From NCBI GenBank assembly GCA_029717555.1, contig JAMDHS010000056.1, positions 124,001 to 148,081 of the forward strand: a DNA stretch of 24,081 nucleotides, written 5' to 3'. The stretch's first letter is position 1, and the number at the start of each line of letters is the position of its first letter. Under the pieces are notes generated by a model. That model was not told where the DNA came from. It did no database searches and was given only the letters and a program-made list of their open reading frames with translations. Shown one piece after another: positions 1-11,600 of the stretch. Position numbers and translations under genes: made by a program. The DNA comes from Peribolospora baueri. Taxonomy: Eukaryota.

Positions 1-130
1 CCAACGAAACTGGGGTCGCCACCTCGGCCGTTTCCCAACAAGCCCAAATCGAATGCCTGCCTGCATGCACACACACCCGCCCACGGCGTGCGCTCCCGCT
101 CGCATGCAGTGGCACCACCGCGTAGGGCTG

Positions 131-178
131 CACGTGACGCAACCCTACGGTGCCGGTGCCGGGGCGCACGTGCGCCCC
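131..178. promoter_or_regulatory. Two CACGTG E-boxes upstream of the acyltransferase; the second lies inside a perfect 18-bp palindrome
   Basis: CACGTGAC at 131-138 (GTCACGTG on the minus strand). GGGGCGCACGTGCGCCCC at 161-178 is its own reverse complement. A TATATA follows at 344-349. Function is inferred only. Confidence 0.4.
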
Positions 179-670
179 ATCGGACGATCGGATGGGGATG
201 GGGTTGTGGGGAAGCGGATTGAATGCGGCCGAAGATGGGGCGGGCCGGGAGAGGGGGTGACGACGACGAGCACGGCGGCGGCGGCGGCGGCGATGGACGT
301 GGAGGCGAGGGAGGCGAACGTGTATGGAGAAGGAAGGAGAGGATATATACGACCTGGATACGAGTGGAGAACGAAGAACGAAGCGTCTATCTACGGTCTG
401 CCAGCGAGCAAAGGAAAGCTTTCTTCGACACCGCTCGGCTCAGCTCGGCTCGACTTCTTTACCCGCGTCGTCGCCTCTCGGCGTCCCACGGCTGCCCCAC
501 TGACGACGGCTGCCGCAGTCACATCTTCCATTGCGCGCGCTGATCACTCACGACTCGACACCGACGTTCGTTCGCAGACAGACACAGAGAGAGACGCTCA
601 CCAACATCGACGCCGTCGCGGTCATCGCCCGTAACGCCAAAGCCATCTTCTGTCTTCCTCCTTCGCCATC

Positions 671-1141
671 TTGCCCAGCGTGGCCTCCACGTCAACCCCT
701 CCCTCTCCTTCCCGAGCCACTCCTGCGCCCGGCCCTTCCTCCCCTCCACCACCGTCGCCGCCCAACGACGGCCAGGGCCAGGGCCAGGGCGATCCCTCCG
801 CCGCGTCCCCAACACCGCCCGCCGCCGGCTCGGGGGAGCCACGACAAGGAGCGCCGTCACCACCATCACCTTCATCACGAACGCCGCTGCGGCCGCCGAC
901 AACAAAAACAACAGCAGCAGCGACAAAAACAACGACAACGTCTAACACAACCGATAAGCAGCCCGTCGCCGATCGACCGCGTCCCTCCTCTCACCCAGCC
1001 GAACCTCCACCCACCTCCAAGGTCTCGCGCACCCTAGCCGACCTACAATCTTTCCTGAGCGCCTTCCCTCTACCCATCCATCGTCTCCTACCCAACCTCC
1101 TCCTTCGCGTCGCCGCTCGCGTCCTCGCCCGTCGCAACGTC
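671..1141 (+). other. Candidate non-AUG (TTG) N-terminal extension of the acyltransferase
   Basis: The frame of ATG1142 is open back to TAA 632-634. There is no ATG in any + frame from about 330 to 1141. TTG at 671 sits in a GCCATC-TTG-CCC context with A at -3. Confidence 0.45.
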
Positions 1142-4100
1142 ATGGCCTCCTCCCTCGCCTTCGACATCACCCTCCTCTTCTGGAGGGTCGTGATCAACAT
1201 CTTCTTCAGGGAGATCAGACCCAGGGGTAGCTACAACATACCCAAGGAGGGCGCTGTCATCTTTGTCGCCGCCCCTCATCATAACCAGGTGCGTATATCC
1301 TCCAGACGACGGACTGGCTCGGCGTGGGCAGATGGATAGCTCGTTCGGGTCCTTACCTTCTCTTCCCTGTCAGTTCCTCGACCCGCTCCTCCTGGCGTCC
1401 GAAGTCCGTCGCGAGGCCGGCCGGCGCGTTGCCTTCCTGATCGCATCAAAGAGCATGAACCGGAGGTGGATCGGCATGGCGGCCAGGTTAATGCAGAGCA
1501 GTAAGCATCCAATTCGCCCTCTTTTTTGTTCATCCTCCGTCTCACCTCTTCTTGCCTCCGTCCCTCCAGTTCCCGTCGCCCGCGCCGCCGACGACGCAAA
1601 GCCAGGCATCGGCACGCTTACGGTAGACAAGAACGACCCTCTCCTCCTCCATGGCCACCGCACCCAGTTTACAAAGCAGCTCGTCCCACGCGGCCAAGTC
1701 GTGCTTCCCAAGTCGGCCGAATACGCCTCGGCCGAGGTGGTCGAAGTGCTCTCCGACGACCTGGTGCGGATTAAGAAGGAGTTCAAGAACGATCGAGCCA
1801 GGGAAATTCTCAAGGAAGGCTCGGGCAAGGACGGGATGGGGTGCGAGTGGAAGGTTCTGCCGTACATTGATCAGACAGAAATGTATGCGCACGTGTATGC
1901 GAGGCTCAAGCAAGGCGGTTGTTTGGGCATCTTCCCAGAAGGTGAGCGGCGTTCGTTGTCCTACCGCGCTCCTTTTGGACTCGCTGCGCAGGTCTCAGGC
2001 ACTCTTGTCGACGCTCCCGATCCTGATCTGCTGACCGCCGACCCTCTCTCTCCCTTCCCCTTATCAAGGCGGCTCACACGACCGCACGGACCTCCTCCCG
2101 CTCAAAGCCGGTGTGACGATCATGGCCCTCGGGGCGATGCATGCCAACCCAAACCTCCGCGTCCGTATCGTCCCCGTCGGACTGTCCTACTTCCACCCGC
2201 ACAAGTTCCGTTCCCGCGCCGTCGTCGAGTTCGGCCAGCCCGTAGATGTGCCCAGGGACCTCGTCGAGCTATTCGGCGCCGGTGGGCCCAAGAAGCGCGA
2301 GGCTTGTGGAAGGATGATGGATATGATTTTCGATGGCTTGAAGAGCGTTACCGTCAGAGCACCGGATTATGAGACGCTCATGGTGAGAGTCGAAGCATAC
2401 GTCGTGCTCTCTCTCTCCCCTCCGTCTCGAGGCCATGGCCGGCTGATCCTCTCCGCTCATTCTTTCCTCTCGCCGTCCAGGTCATCCAAGCTGGCCGCCG
2501 CATGTACAGGGCCCCGGGCCAGCATCTCACCCTCGGCCAGGTGGTCGAGCTGAACAAGCGTTTCATCGCCGGCTACCTCAAGTACCAGGACGAACCGCGC
2601 GTACAGGCGCTCAAGGCCAAGATCTTGAGGTACAATAAGATGTTGAGATATCTCGGTCTGAGGGATCATCAGGTGCGTTCGCGGATTTCCCCCCGTCCGT
2701 CTTTGTTTCGGCACCCATGGATCTTTTCTGCTGACCACATAGCGTCTGTCTTCACGTTTCTTCTACTCCGCCCCGCTTAGGTCGAGCGCGCGACGCGAGC
2801 GAGCTGGCGCTCATTGGGTCTCCTCGGCTACCGCCTGGGGCTCCTCGGCTTCTGGGGCCTCCTCGCTCTCCCCGGCGTGATACTCAACTCGCCGATTTTC
2901 ATCCTCGCCAAAATCATCTCCCGTCGCAAGGCTAAGGAGGCGCTCGCGGCGAGCCAGGTCAAGTTGGAGGGACGGGACGTCGTGGGCACGTGGAAGGTGC
3001 TCGTCACCCTCGGCGTAGCGCCCTTCCTGTACGCCTTCTACGCCATCGCGGCCGCCTATTACGCTCACCGCAAGGGGTGGCCTCGGAAGCAACAGTACCT
3101 CGCTCCCATCTGGGCCATGATCGTCTTGCCCACCATGAGCTACTCGGCACTCAAATTCGGCGAGGTCGGCATCGACGTGTACAAGTGAGTTGGCGCGAGG
3201 TAACTCGGATGGTGCGGACTGCCAGCTGACGCACGTTCCGTTTACCTTTCTCTTCTTACCTCCACAAAAGGTCTCTCCGCCCGCTCTTCATCTCCCTCCT
3301 TCCCGGTAACGAAAAGGCGCTGCGTGAGCTCCAGGCGACGCGCACGGAGGTGTCCAACGAGCTCAACGATCTTATCGAGGAGTATGGGCCGAGGATGTAT
3401 CAGGATTTCGAAGAGTGAGTGCTTAGCTCGGCTCGGTCCGATCGGAAGATCAACCCTGCACCCTACTTACTCTGTTCCCTCGTCTCGCCGCAGATCCCGA
3501 GTGTTGCCCGCTTCGACGCCGCCGCCGTCGGCCGAGCCAGAGCATCGTCCGATGCTCTGGCGGCGGAAGAGCAACCAGAGTTCGAACGGCCAGGGCGACA
3601 TGCTTACGCACCCTATGGCCTGGCTCGACGACACCTTCTTCGGCTGGTCCAAGGGCCGTCGCGCCTCTTCCTCTTATGCGCGCTACAAGTCCATCCGCGA
3701 GAGCCTGGCTTCGACGCCGCGCGACACGCCGGAGCAGTCGGACGTAGACTCGGAGGAGGAGGACGGAGACTACGAGGCGGTGTTCGGCATGGTCGACTAC
3801 GCCCAGAGCCGCGCCGAGGGCGACATGGCGGCGGGCGGGAGGAAGACGTCGAGGAAGCCGAGATCGAGGACGCGGAGCGGGAGCAGCACGTTTGCCGAGA
3901 AGCGCAACCGGAGTTTTACCGACGTCAAGGGAATGACGCCCGTGAGGTTGCCTTCTAACCCTTCCTCGCCCGTCGCCCGATACGTCATTCTCCCCACCGG
4001 CGAGCAGGGGACGACGGCGCGGGCAGAGGACGCTTCCGGCCTGACGAACCGCGGTTCGCGTACGTCGAACGCCAACTCGGAAGAGGAGGAGCGGCGGCCA

Positions 4101-4250
4101 AAGTCGGAGACGATGGGCGCGGCGGCGCGCGCCGACACGACGCCGTCGGTCGAGCTCACCTCCGCGTCTCCGCTCGGCCTGTCGTTGGAGAAGCTCGGCG
4201 TTGGGGAGACGGAGCATCGGGAGGAGAGCGGCGAGAAGGCCGAGGTGTAA
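1142..4250 (+). CDS. SCT1: Glycerol-3-phosphate / dihydroxyacetone-phosphate O-acyltransferase (yeast Sct1/Gpt2 type), 818 aa from ATG1142
   Basis: Exons 1142-1288, 1374-1500, 1570-1941, 2069-2382, 2481-2672, 2781-3184, 3271-3414 and 3494-4250 total 2457 nt. All introns are GT..AG and the frame is preserved. Splicing reconstitutes the PlsC-type motifs APHHNQ|FLDP (HxxxxD), I|PVAR, GIFPEG|GSHDRTDLLPLKAG and IVPVGLSYF. Hydrophobic helices lie in exon 6 and the C-tail is low-complexity Ser/Arg/acidic. The symbol denotes the family; Sct1 cannot be distinguished from Gpt2. Confidence 0.95.
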
Positions 4251-6677
4251 ATGAACGTTCATTCACTTCGCTTCTCGGTCCGTCGTCTCCGTCCGCGGCC
4301 ACCGCCTTCGTGTACGTACTCATCTTACCGATCGATGTCCTTCTTTGCAGTCTGTTTGTTTCGACAACCTTTTTTCCTGCCGTCGCCTTCCATCCCCGTG
4401 CTGCCGTGCTATCCTGTCTCTCGAGGAGCGAGGAGCGCGCGCCTGGGTCGACGTATCGTATCGTACCGCCCCTCGAGGACTCTCGGTTGCGGTTATACGA
4501 TTAGGTCCGATGTCTTGTCTTCTTTGACCGCTCCGCACCGCTCCGGTCCGGTCCGTCATCCGTTCGTCCTGTCCGTTCGGCACATGGGCCCTTCGCTTCT
4601 GTTGTCTTTTTTTTTTTTTCGATGTGCAGAAATAGCAATAGCACTGTTCCGTACCTTTGTTGTGGCCCCGCGTGGGGCGTTACTTGTTCCTGCTCTCGGT
4701 GTGGGTGGTTGTTCTCTGCACAGTCGGACTGGGCGGGCGGGCGGGTCGTGGACAAGGCGAGCTCGCGGCTATCCTACCTGAGCCGATGATGGTGAGCGAG
4801 CTGCTGACGTCGTCTGTTGTGGGGGTGGGGGGGGGGGTGGAAGGAAAGCGAAACGCGGTCGAATAGGGAACGGAGGAAAGAGGGTGCTGGGAAAGGTGAG
4901 AAGGGGCGTCATGTTCATGTTCATGGTCATCTCCCATGTCGTGTATGTCTTGCCCTCCTTCCCATCCCCTCCCCTTCAGTTCAGTTCAGTTCAATTCAGT
5001 TCAGACTTGGCCTTCATCAGACCGCACCGCACCGCACATCCGACGATACGATATGGATTACGACGGACGAAGCGGACAAACAAGACAAGACAAGACGAGA
5101 CCCAAAACGTTTGCCGCCCAATTTTGCTTCCACCCCACCCCACCGCCTTGGAGCGCATCAAGACAGAGTAGAGTCCCCATACGGACGTGGATCGCAAGTT
5201 TGCCCCGCCCGCCCAGTTGGACAACGACGACGACAACATGAGAAAGACCCTTCGAGCATCCGACCGACTGTGTGGTTGTGTGGTGTCCGTCGTGTCGTCC
5301 GTCGTCCTTGGGCCACCTTTCGCCCTTGCCCTTGCCCTTGTCCTAAACCTTCGGCCGTTTCCCGACCGACCGTTGGCGCAGACGGCTGTGCGGTTTGGAC
5401 CATCCGTGGGCACTGCATGCAAGCGCCAAGGGACGGAGATGCGGGATGGAGGAGGCAACGAAGGTGGAGCTGAGTAGAGCAGAGCAGATCGGCGCTATCT
5501 AGCTTCATTCCTCGGCGGCGCCAGGCGTCGGTCAGATCCACCCACCATCCGAGCGGCGAGCGGCGAGCATTCTGGCGAAAAAATTAACCTCCTCATCACA
5601 TCACACGCCGCCACAACGAGGATCCGCTCGCTCGGTCGCTCTCTTTCTTTGGCGCGACCACTGCCGACCCGACGGGCGAACAACTGCAGCCGGCGCTTGT
5701 GTTTGCTCCCTCTCTGTCCTTTTCCGTCGGCTGCCGTTTGTACCCTTCCCTTCTTTTCCTTTTCTTCCTTTTCCTACCCGGAACAAACCTTGTCCACCGC
5801 GCAGACGCGTCCGTACCATCGATCGATCGATCGGCTCGGCCTCCGCCCGGCAACTTGTTCTGTCACACAAGTCCCAAGGCTAACTAGCACCCACGGAGGC
5901 GCGCGCGCGCTCTCCGTTCCATCCCATCCATCCCTTCGCTCGTCGTAGAAGAACGCTCTCTTGCGGTTTAAACAGAAACCGGCCCCATCATCATCGGGAG
6001 GCGTGCGTCTAGAACGTCCACGTCCACGGCCAAGGGCGGGCCGTCCCATCGTCCCGTTGACGCGTGTATATGATGCAATTTCGTCACCAGCCAGCCAGCC
6101 AGCGCAGCGCAACTAACTCCACTTCTCTAGCTCAGCTCTGCACCAACCGTGTTCCGCGCCCGGTTCGGTTCGGAGAGTAGTAGTGCACATATACGTGATT
6201 TTTTTCCCGCTCCGCGTTGAGCCGGACCGGGCGTGGCACCATCGACGGCGCTGGAATGAACGGACGGGGGGCCACGCACGCACGCTTTAAGGAAGGACGG
6301 AGGGTCGGACGTGAGCGAAGATGTCCGAGCCAGGACTACGTAGAGGAAAAGAAATAAAAATAAAAAATAAAACCGGTCCGTCGAACGACGTTCCTCTTCA
6401 TAGTCAGTCGGTCGGTCGGTCAGTCAGCGCCGCGCCGCACACCCTGACCGCCAAATCGGATTGAGCAAGCAAAGAGACCGCTTTCGAGACGCACACTGAT
6501 TCGTTTGTTCGATTGCACGGAGACAGGACAGGACAGGACAGGACGACAGGGGGAGACCAAGGCTATTTTACAGACACGAGGAGCGGACTCGTGAGCACGC
6601 GGGGGAACGGTAACGGGAAATGGAACGCCCGGTGGACTAGTAGGAAAATGAGAAGGGAGACATGGATGGATGGATCT

Positions 6678-6717
6678 ACGGACGGACGGACGGACGGACG
6701 GACGGACGGACGGACGG
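6678..6717. repeat. (ACGG)10 microsatellite downstream of the C2H2 gene
   Basis: Ten perfect ACGG units read directly. Confidence 0.95.
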
Positions 6718-7006
6718 AAAACATGGCTACGGGGGCATTGCGACGAGGGAGCATGAAAGGGTGGTCGCTGGCGGGAAGACGAACGAACGGACGCCGTCTC
6801 ATGTCGCCACCGGACCAAAGAGACCCAAAACAAAGGGACGGAGACAAAAAAAAAAGAGAAAGAGGCGCCAAAGAAGCGCCGTGGCCGGCCGACCACGATA
6901 CGATCGGATCGCATTGGTTGCGATTGGCTAGGAGATTAGAGAACGACACCGGGGGAAGCCAACCAGCTTTCCCGCGCTAACCAAAGCGCGGTACGGATCC
7001 GGCGCA

Positions 7007-8617
7007 CTATCCGTGATGGCGGCCGTGGTATACGTCCTGTTGGAAGGGTGGGGTGAATTGGTATTGGTAGTACGGAGGTGGTGCCGGCTGTTGCTCATAT
7101 GGGTGTTGGTAAGATGGCGGGACCGGCCCATGAAGATTAGGGAAAGGCATCCATTCGTTCGAATGCAATGGCTGGGAAGGGGCGCTCGAGGCAGGACGCG
7201 TGGGAGCGCTGGAATGGCGCACGGGGCCATGGACGACGGCGAGCCCATAGCTCGGGTGAGGGAGAGAGCCGTGAAAGCTGGCTTCTTCCGGGTTCGGTGA
7301 CAACGACGGTCTCTGTGGGACACCGGCGGCCGTCGGCGACCAGGCCCACGTCCGTTTGCTGCCGGAACCTTGGGCCAGGTGATGGGCCGCGTCGGGGGGC
7401 GTCAGGGGGGATGCGTGTGGGGGACTTGTGGACGATCCAGTCGAGGAATAGAAACCACTCTCGTACCCGCCTGTGTCGTGTTGGAGAGGAGTGGTGGGCA
7501 TCCCTGCGTGGATTGGACCCAAGGCATCGAGGCCGCTGGACTCGGCGAGAAGGCGTATGCCAACTGCTGGCGGGGGTGAGGGCGCCGCTGCCGAGCGCGG
7601 CCTGGAGCTCTGCGAGGTGGACGACTTGATCTTCGCCTCTTTCGTTCTTGATCGGCTCGCCATCCTCACATACGAGGCTCCTAAACCGCCGTGGGCAGTC
7701 TTGCAGTGCTCACGGAGTACGCTGCTCCGCTTGAATCCTTTGGTGCATCCTATAGGGCCGTCGGATCAGCCGGGGAGAGGGATGTGGAGTTAGAGAGGCG
7801 GCCATGGACGATGATGTAGAGCCTGATCAGAGCGCAGGCAAGGAAAACTCACCCGGCACCTCGCACCGATACGGCTTCGCCGGGTCGTGGGTCCGACGAT
7901 GCCGTGCAGCCGAGGACGAGTCGGAAAAGGACTTGCCGCAGGTCTCGCATACGTATGGACGCTCGCCCGTGCTGTGAACGACGACCACGGGGCGTTTGCC
8001 GTCAGCGGACGAGCGACGAGTACGAAAACAAAACGCCTTGGACGTGCCTCCCCCAACTTGCCTGAACCGAGCATGTCCACTCACTGTGACCGCATGTGGA
8101 CCGTCAGGGCGGACCTCTGGCCAAACCTCTTGCCACAAATGATGTTCGGATCACCCGAGTCTGGCATCTTACATATGAAATCGCTGTTCGCAGTCGAAAA
8201 GAAAAGCAAGCCCCTTCGAGGTCAGCCGACCGGACTGACCTTGGCCGTGGAGTGTGTGGGCGAAGGAAAAGGCCGTTCGACTCACCGAATGCCTTTGTGG
8301 GTCTTCATATGCCTTGGCAAGTCGGATTTCCTCGTGAATCTCTTGTGGCACTCTGGGCACGGGAAGCACCTTCTCTTGTCCAGCTCATTGTCGTGCAGCA
8401 GCTACATGGAGCGGCGTGCCACAGAGAGAGGCATTGAGGAGATCAAACGAGACGTGGATCGAGGCATCTGTCAGCTACAGCCGCTCCATCATCGGCCGGC
8501 CGGTGTGATCCCCCAACGCTCGTCCAACGGGGCGATTGGGCCAGATGAAAACGGCCCGAAATAGACGAAGGATGGAAGGGTGGGGGACAAACAGAAACTC
8601 ACATCGCCCAAATCCAT
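7007..8617 (-). CDS. C2H2 zinc-finger transcription factor, four N-terminal fingers, 363 aa
   Basis: Exons 8617-8603 (MDLGD), 8401-8286, 8183-8085, 7971-7853 and 7749-7007 total 1092 nt. All four donors are GTGAGT. Fingers: [57 protein letters not shown] linker; [45 protein letters not shown]. The tail is Pro/Ser/Gln/Tyr-rich. The first micro-exon is less certain than the rest. Confidence 0.9.
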
Positions 8618-11600
8618 TTAGCTCCCTTTTTAAAGACGCCACTCGGGTTGAAGAGGGGCTGTCCAACCTCACGGAGGCTGGTTCGAGAGACGACGCAGTC
8701 GAGGAGAGCGCAAGTGGATAAGAGGGCGAGGAGCGAGAGTTGGGAGCAGGTCAAATGGAAAAGCGTTGAGGACGGAGGGTTGCACGAGGTGGTAGGCAGA
8801 GAGAGGCCGGCGGTAGGTAAGTAGGTTGCGGAAAACCGGGAAGCAAGGGGGTAGCCAGAGCGAGAGCGGTCCTTTTATCGGGCCACGTCCGAGCGAGGGT
8901 GTGAGTGAGTGGAGTAGAAGTCGAGAAGGGAAAGAGGTTGGGGGCGGAAGATGAAAGGGTAAAGGAAAGCCAATGCGTGGGAGCGAGAATGGGAGGAGGA
9001 TGTCAATGCGGAATATGAGGAGGGGAGGCGGAGAAAGGAAGAAAGGTGGATCTGGAAAGAAAAAGGCCGTAACGTCGAGCCGGCCGAACGGGCTGACGAC
9101 CGACAATGGTCGCGGACGGGAAGGTGTCAACAGGCTGGCGAGGGTGACGAAGGGATCTCAGGGAAGCAAAGCGGGGGCAGGGAGGAAAGGAGACGCAGTG
9201 TGCGTCGAGGACGAATGGCAAAGGGAGTCTAACATGAACTGAGCCTGTGCGTTCGTTTGTACGCCCGACGTAGGCGCGGTTCACAGCGGAGAAGGGGAGT
9301 GCCGAGGACGTCGGGCCGGCGCGAGCTTGGGTGTGCGGTCAAGGCCGAGCGCTTGATGATTGGCCTGGGAAGAGCACATGCGGGACGGGGGAGAGTCGAG
9401 TCGAGCGTGGGTGAGAGGGAGAGAGAGACGACCACAACCACAACCACAACCACAGCGTTGTAAGCTTTGTGAGCTGCGTTTGTGCGCTTGTTGCGGACCC
9501 GCCGTCGCCGTCGCCCTGCCAAACAAAGAAGCATCCATCCTCCGAGCACCGCGGCCTAGCCGCGGGGCGGGTGTGACGGCGACGGCGAGGACGAAGAATG
9601 GAGCAGGAAGAGAACCGTATCACCGACGGAGGAAGGTGATGCAAGTGAGGGAGGAAGATATCCTCCTCCTCCTCCTTTCCGCATCCGGCCCCAGTGGGTC
9701 CTTTCCGCTCCGAGCGGCGAGCGCCGTCGTGTCGTGCTTCTGGGCTGACCAAAGGATACGCCGTCGCCGCCGTCGCCACCGCCATCGCCATCGCCGCCGC
9801 TGCTGCCGCCGCCGCCACTGCCCTAGGTGCATGGCCGGCTGCAATACGACGACCCGAACGGAGCAAGAAATGCACCGTGCTCGCGCCTTAGCGCCATCCG
9901 CCCGTCGGTCGGTCGCGCACAAGCGCCCCAAGGGATTTTAGTCGGGGCGAGGGCAGACCGGCCGGCTGGTAAGAAGGCAAAGACGGCTCACAAGGAGCGA
10001 TAAAAAGGAAAAAGAAAGGAAAAGAGGGTTGGAGGAGACAGACGAGCCAGCCAGCCAGCCAGCTGTCCCTCCCTTCGTCCGTCCCTCCGTTCATTCACTT
10101 TCGCGTCGCTTATCGGCCAGCCGCACTCTGGTTCCGTGCGCACGAGCGGGTCGCGTCGGCCCCACCGTCGGTCGCCACTGCCCTGGCTCCCGTCCGGACA
10201 TACATACAGCTGCCAGCTCGGCAGGTGGTGTGACCGTGCCATGGCAGTTACCATTGCCGTGGGCGCTGTGCCGCGCGAGACCGTCGTCGTCGTCGTCTTC
10301 TTCTTTCTTTTTCACGCTCGCCGGTGAGTGTGCGCCGGGAGCGACGGGACCCACCGACAGACGCACGGAGCGGACCGGCAAGGCGGCGCAGCGCACGGTG
10401 GGCGGACGGAGGGCGCTGGCGAGGAATGCGCAGGCCGTCGAAAAAAGCAAACACAAACAGACCATAGCCGCGTTCTGCAGAAGCCTCCATCTCTCCATCC
10501 ATCCATCTCCATCCGTCCGACCGCTCGCGGCCGTTCGGACCGACGAGCGAAAAGCAAGGAAAGGACTGGACGCCTTTGCCGCAGCTCGTTTTTATCCTCC
10601 AGCAACGAAAAAGCAAAGCAAACCCAACTCGGCCCCGGCGATCAACGAAAATGAAAAAAGGCGGATTGAACGGAGCCAGCCGGCCTTCTTCCCGCTTCAC
10701 CCTTTCTTTCCCCTTCGCTCCTCCCCATCCATAGGCGCGCTGGCACAGCTCATCCGGATCCACTCCTTCTCCTCTGCCAGCCAGTCGCAGACAGCGGACG
10801 GGCTCGGCCGGACCGCCTTTATGCCAAGTCACTCCAAGCAGCGCAGCGCAGCGACCCGAGAACGCTCGACCTTGGCGGAAAACGCGACATGCATGCGGCT
10901 GAGCCCAGAGCCGAGTTGGAGCTGGTTTGCTCTCGCCCTCTCGGCCTCCAGTCCGTCTCCGTCTGGCCTGGCCGCTGGAGTGCATGGCCAAGCGGAGGGC
11001 ACACAAATACAGATTTGACTAGCGTTGTGTTTCACCTCGCCCATTCGTTCATTCGTTCGTTCGGTGCCGAGCCGTCGTGCTCAGGGCCAGCGCCCTCGCC
11101 ACAGCGCCCACACGCCTTTCTTCCTTTTCTCCCTTTTCCTCCATCGTTCCCGTACACGCCCTGAAAGCGGGGCGGAATGCGAAAGCATGGCACGAAACCT
11201 TCTGACTGCCTGACTCCCCCGTCTCCCTGGGTGTGGCGCGGTCCAGGCGAAACCTCGGTCTCCGACGACGACGACCGGCGGCCTCCTTTCCTTTGTGTTC
11301 CCCTCGCTCTGTCTCGCGCCTGTGTCGGCCTGTTAGAAACACATATTGTTGTTGCGCGGGCTCGCCCAACCACCACATGGGGAGGGAGACAGGGATGTAC
11401 GCGAACGCACGCCGTGGAGCAGGAAGGAAGACGAGCCTTTTGTCCTAGCGAGCTAATTTCAGTCCCACCTCTCTCTCCGCCACCGTGCGAGCGCTGGCTG
11501 GAGGGATCGAGGAGCGGGCCGAGCTGCCCGAGCGCGCGTCGGCTCCTTCGTTCGCTCTCACGCTCCATCTCCTCGAACGCAGAGATGGAAAGGAGATGGC

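Noticed and set aside
53..634. 193-aa ORF upstream of GPAT in the same frame
   Set aside because: Runs through promoter-like and GGC-repeat sequence with no recognisable domain, and ends at TAA 632-634. Long ORFs arise easily at this GC content.
3450..4262. 270-aa antisense ORF over GPAT exon 8
   Set aside because: Shadow ORF of GC-rich codon usage; Arg/Leu-rich and without a domain.
4248..4781. TAAATG stop-start junction and 176-aa ORF after GPAT
   Set aside because: The translation follows U-rich 3' UTR sequence (poly-F); there is no evidence for reinitiation.
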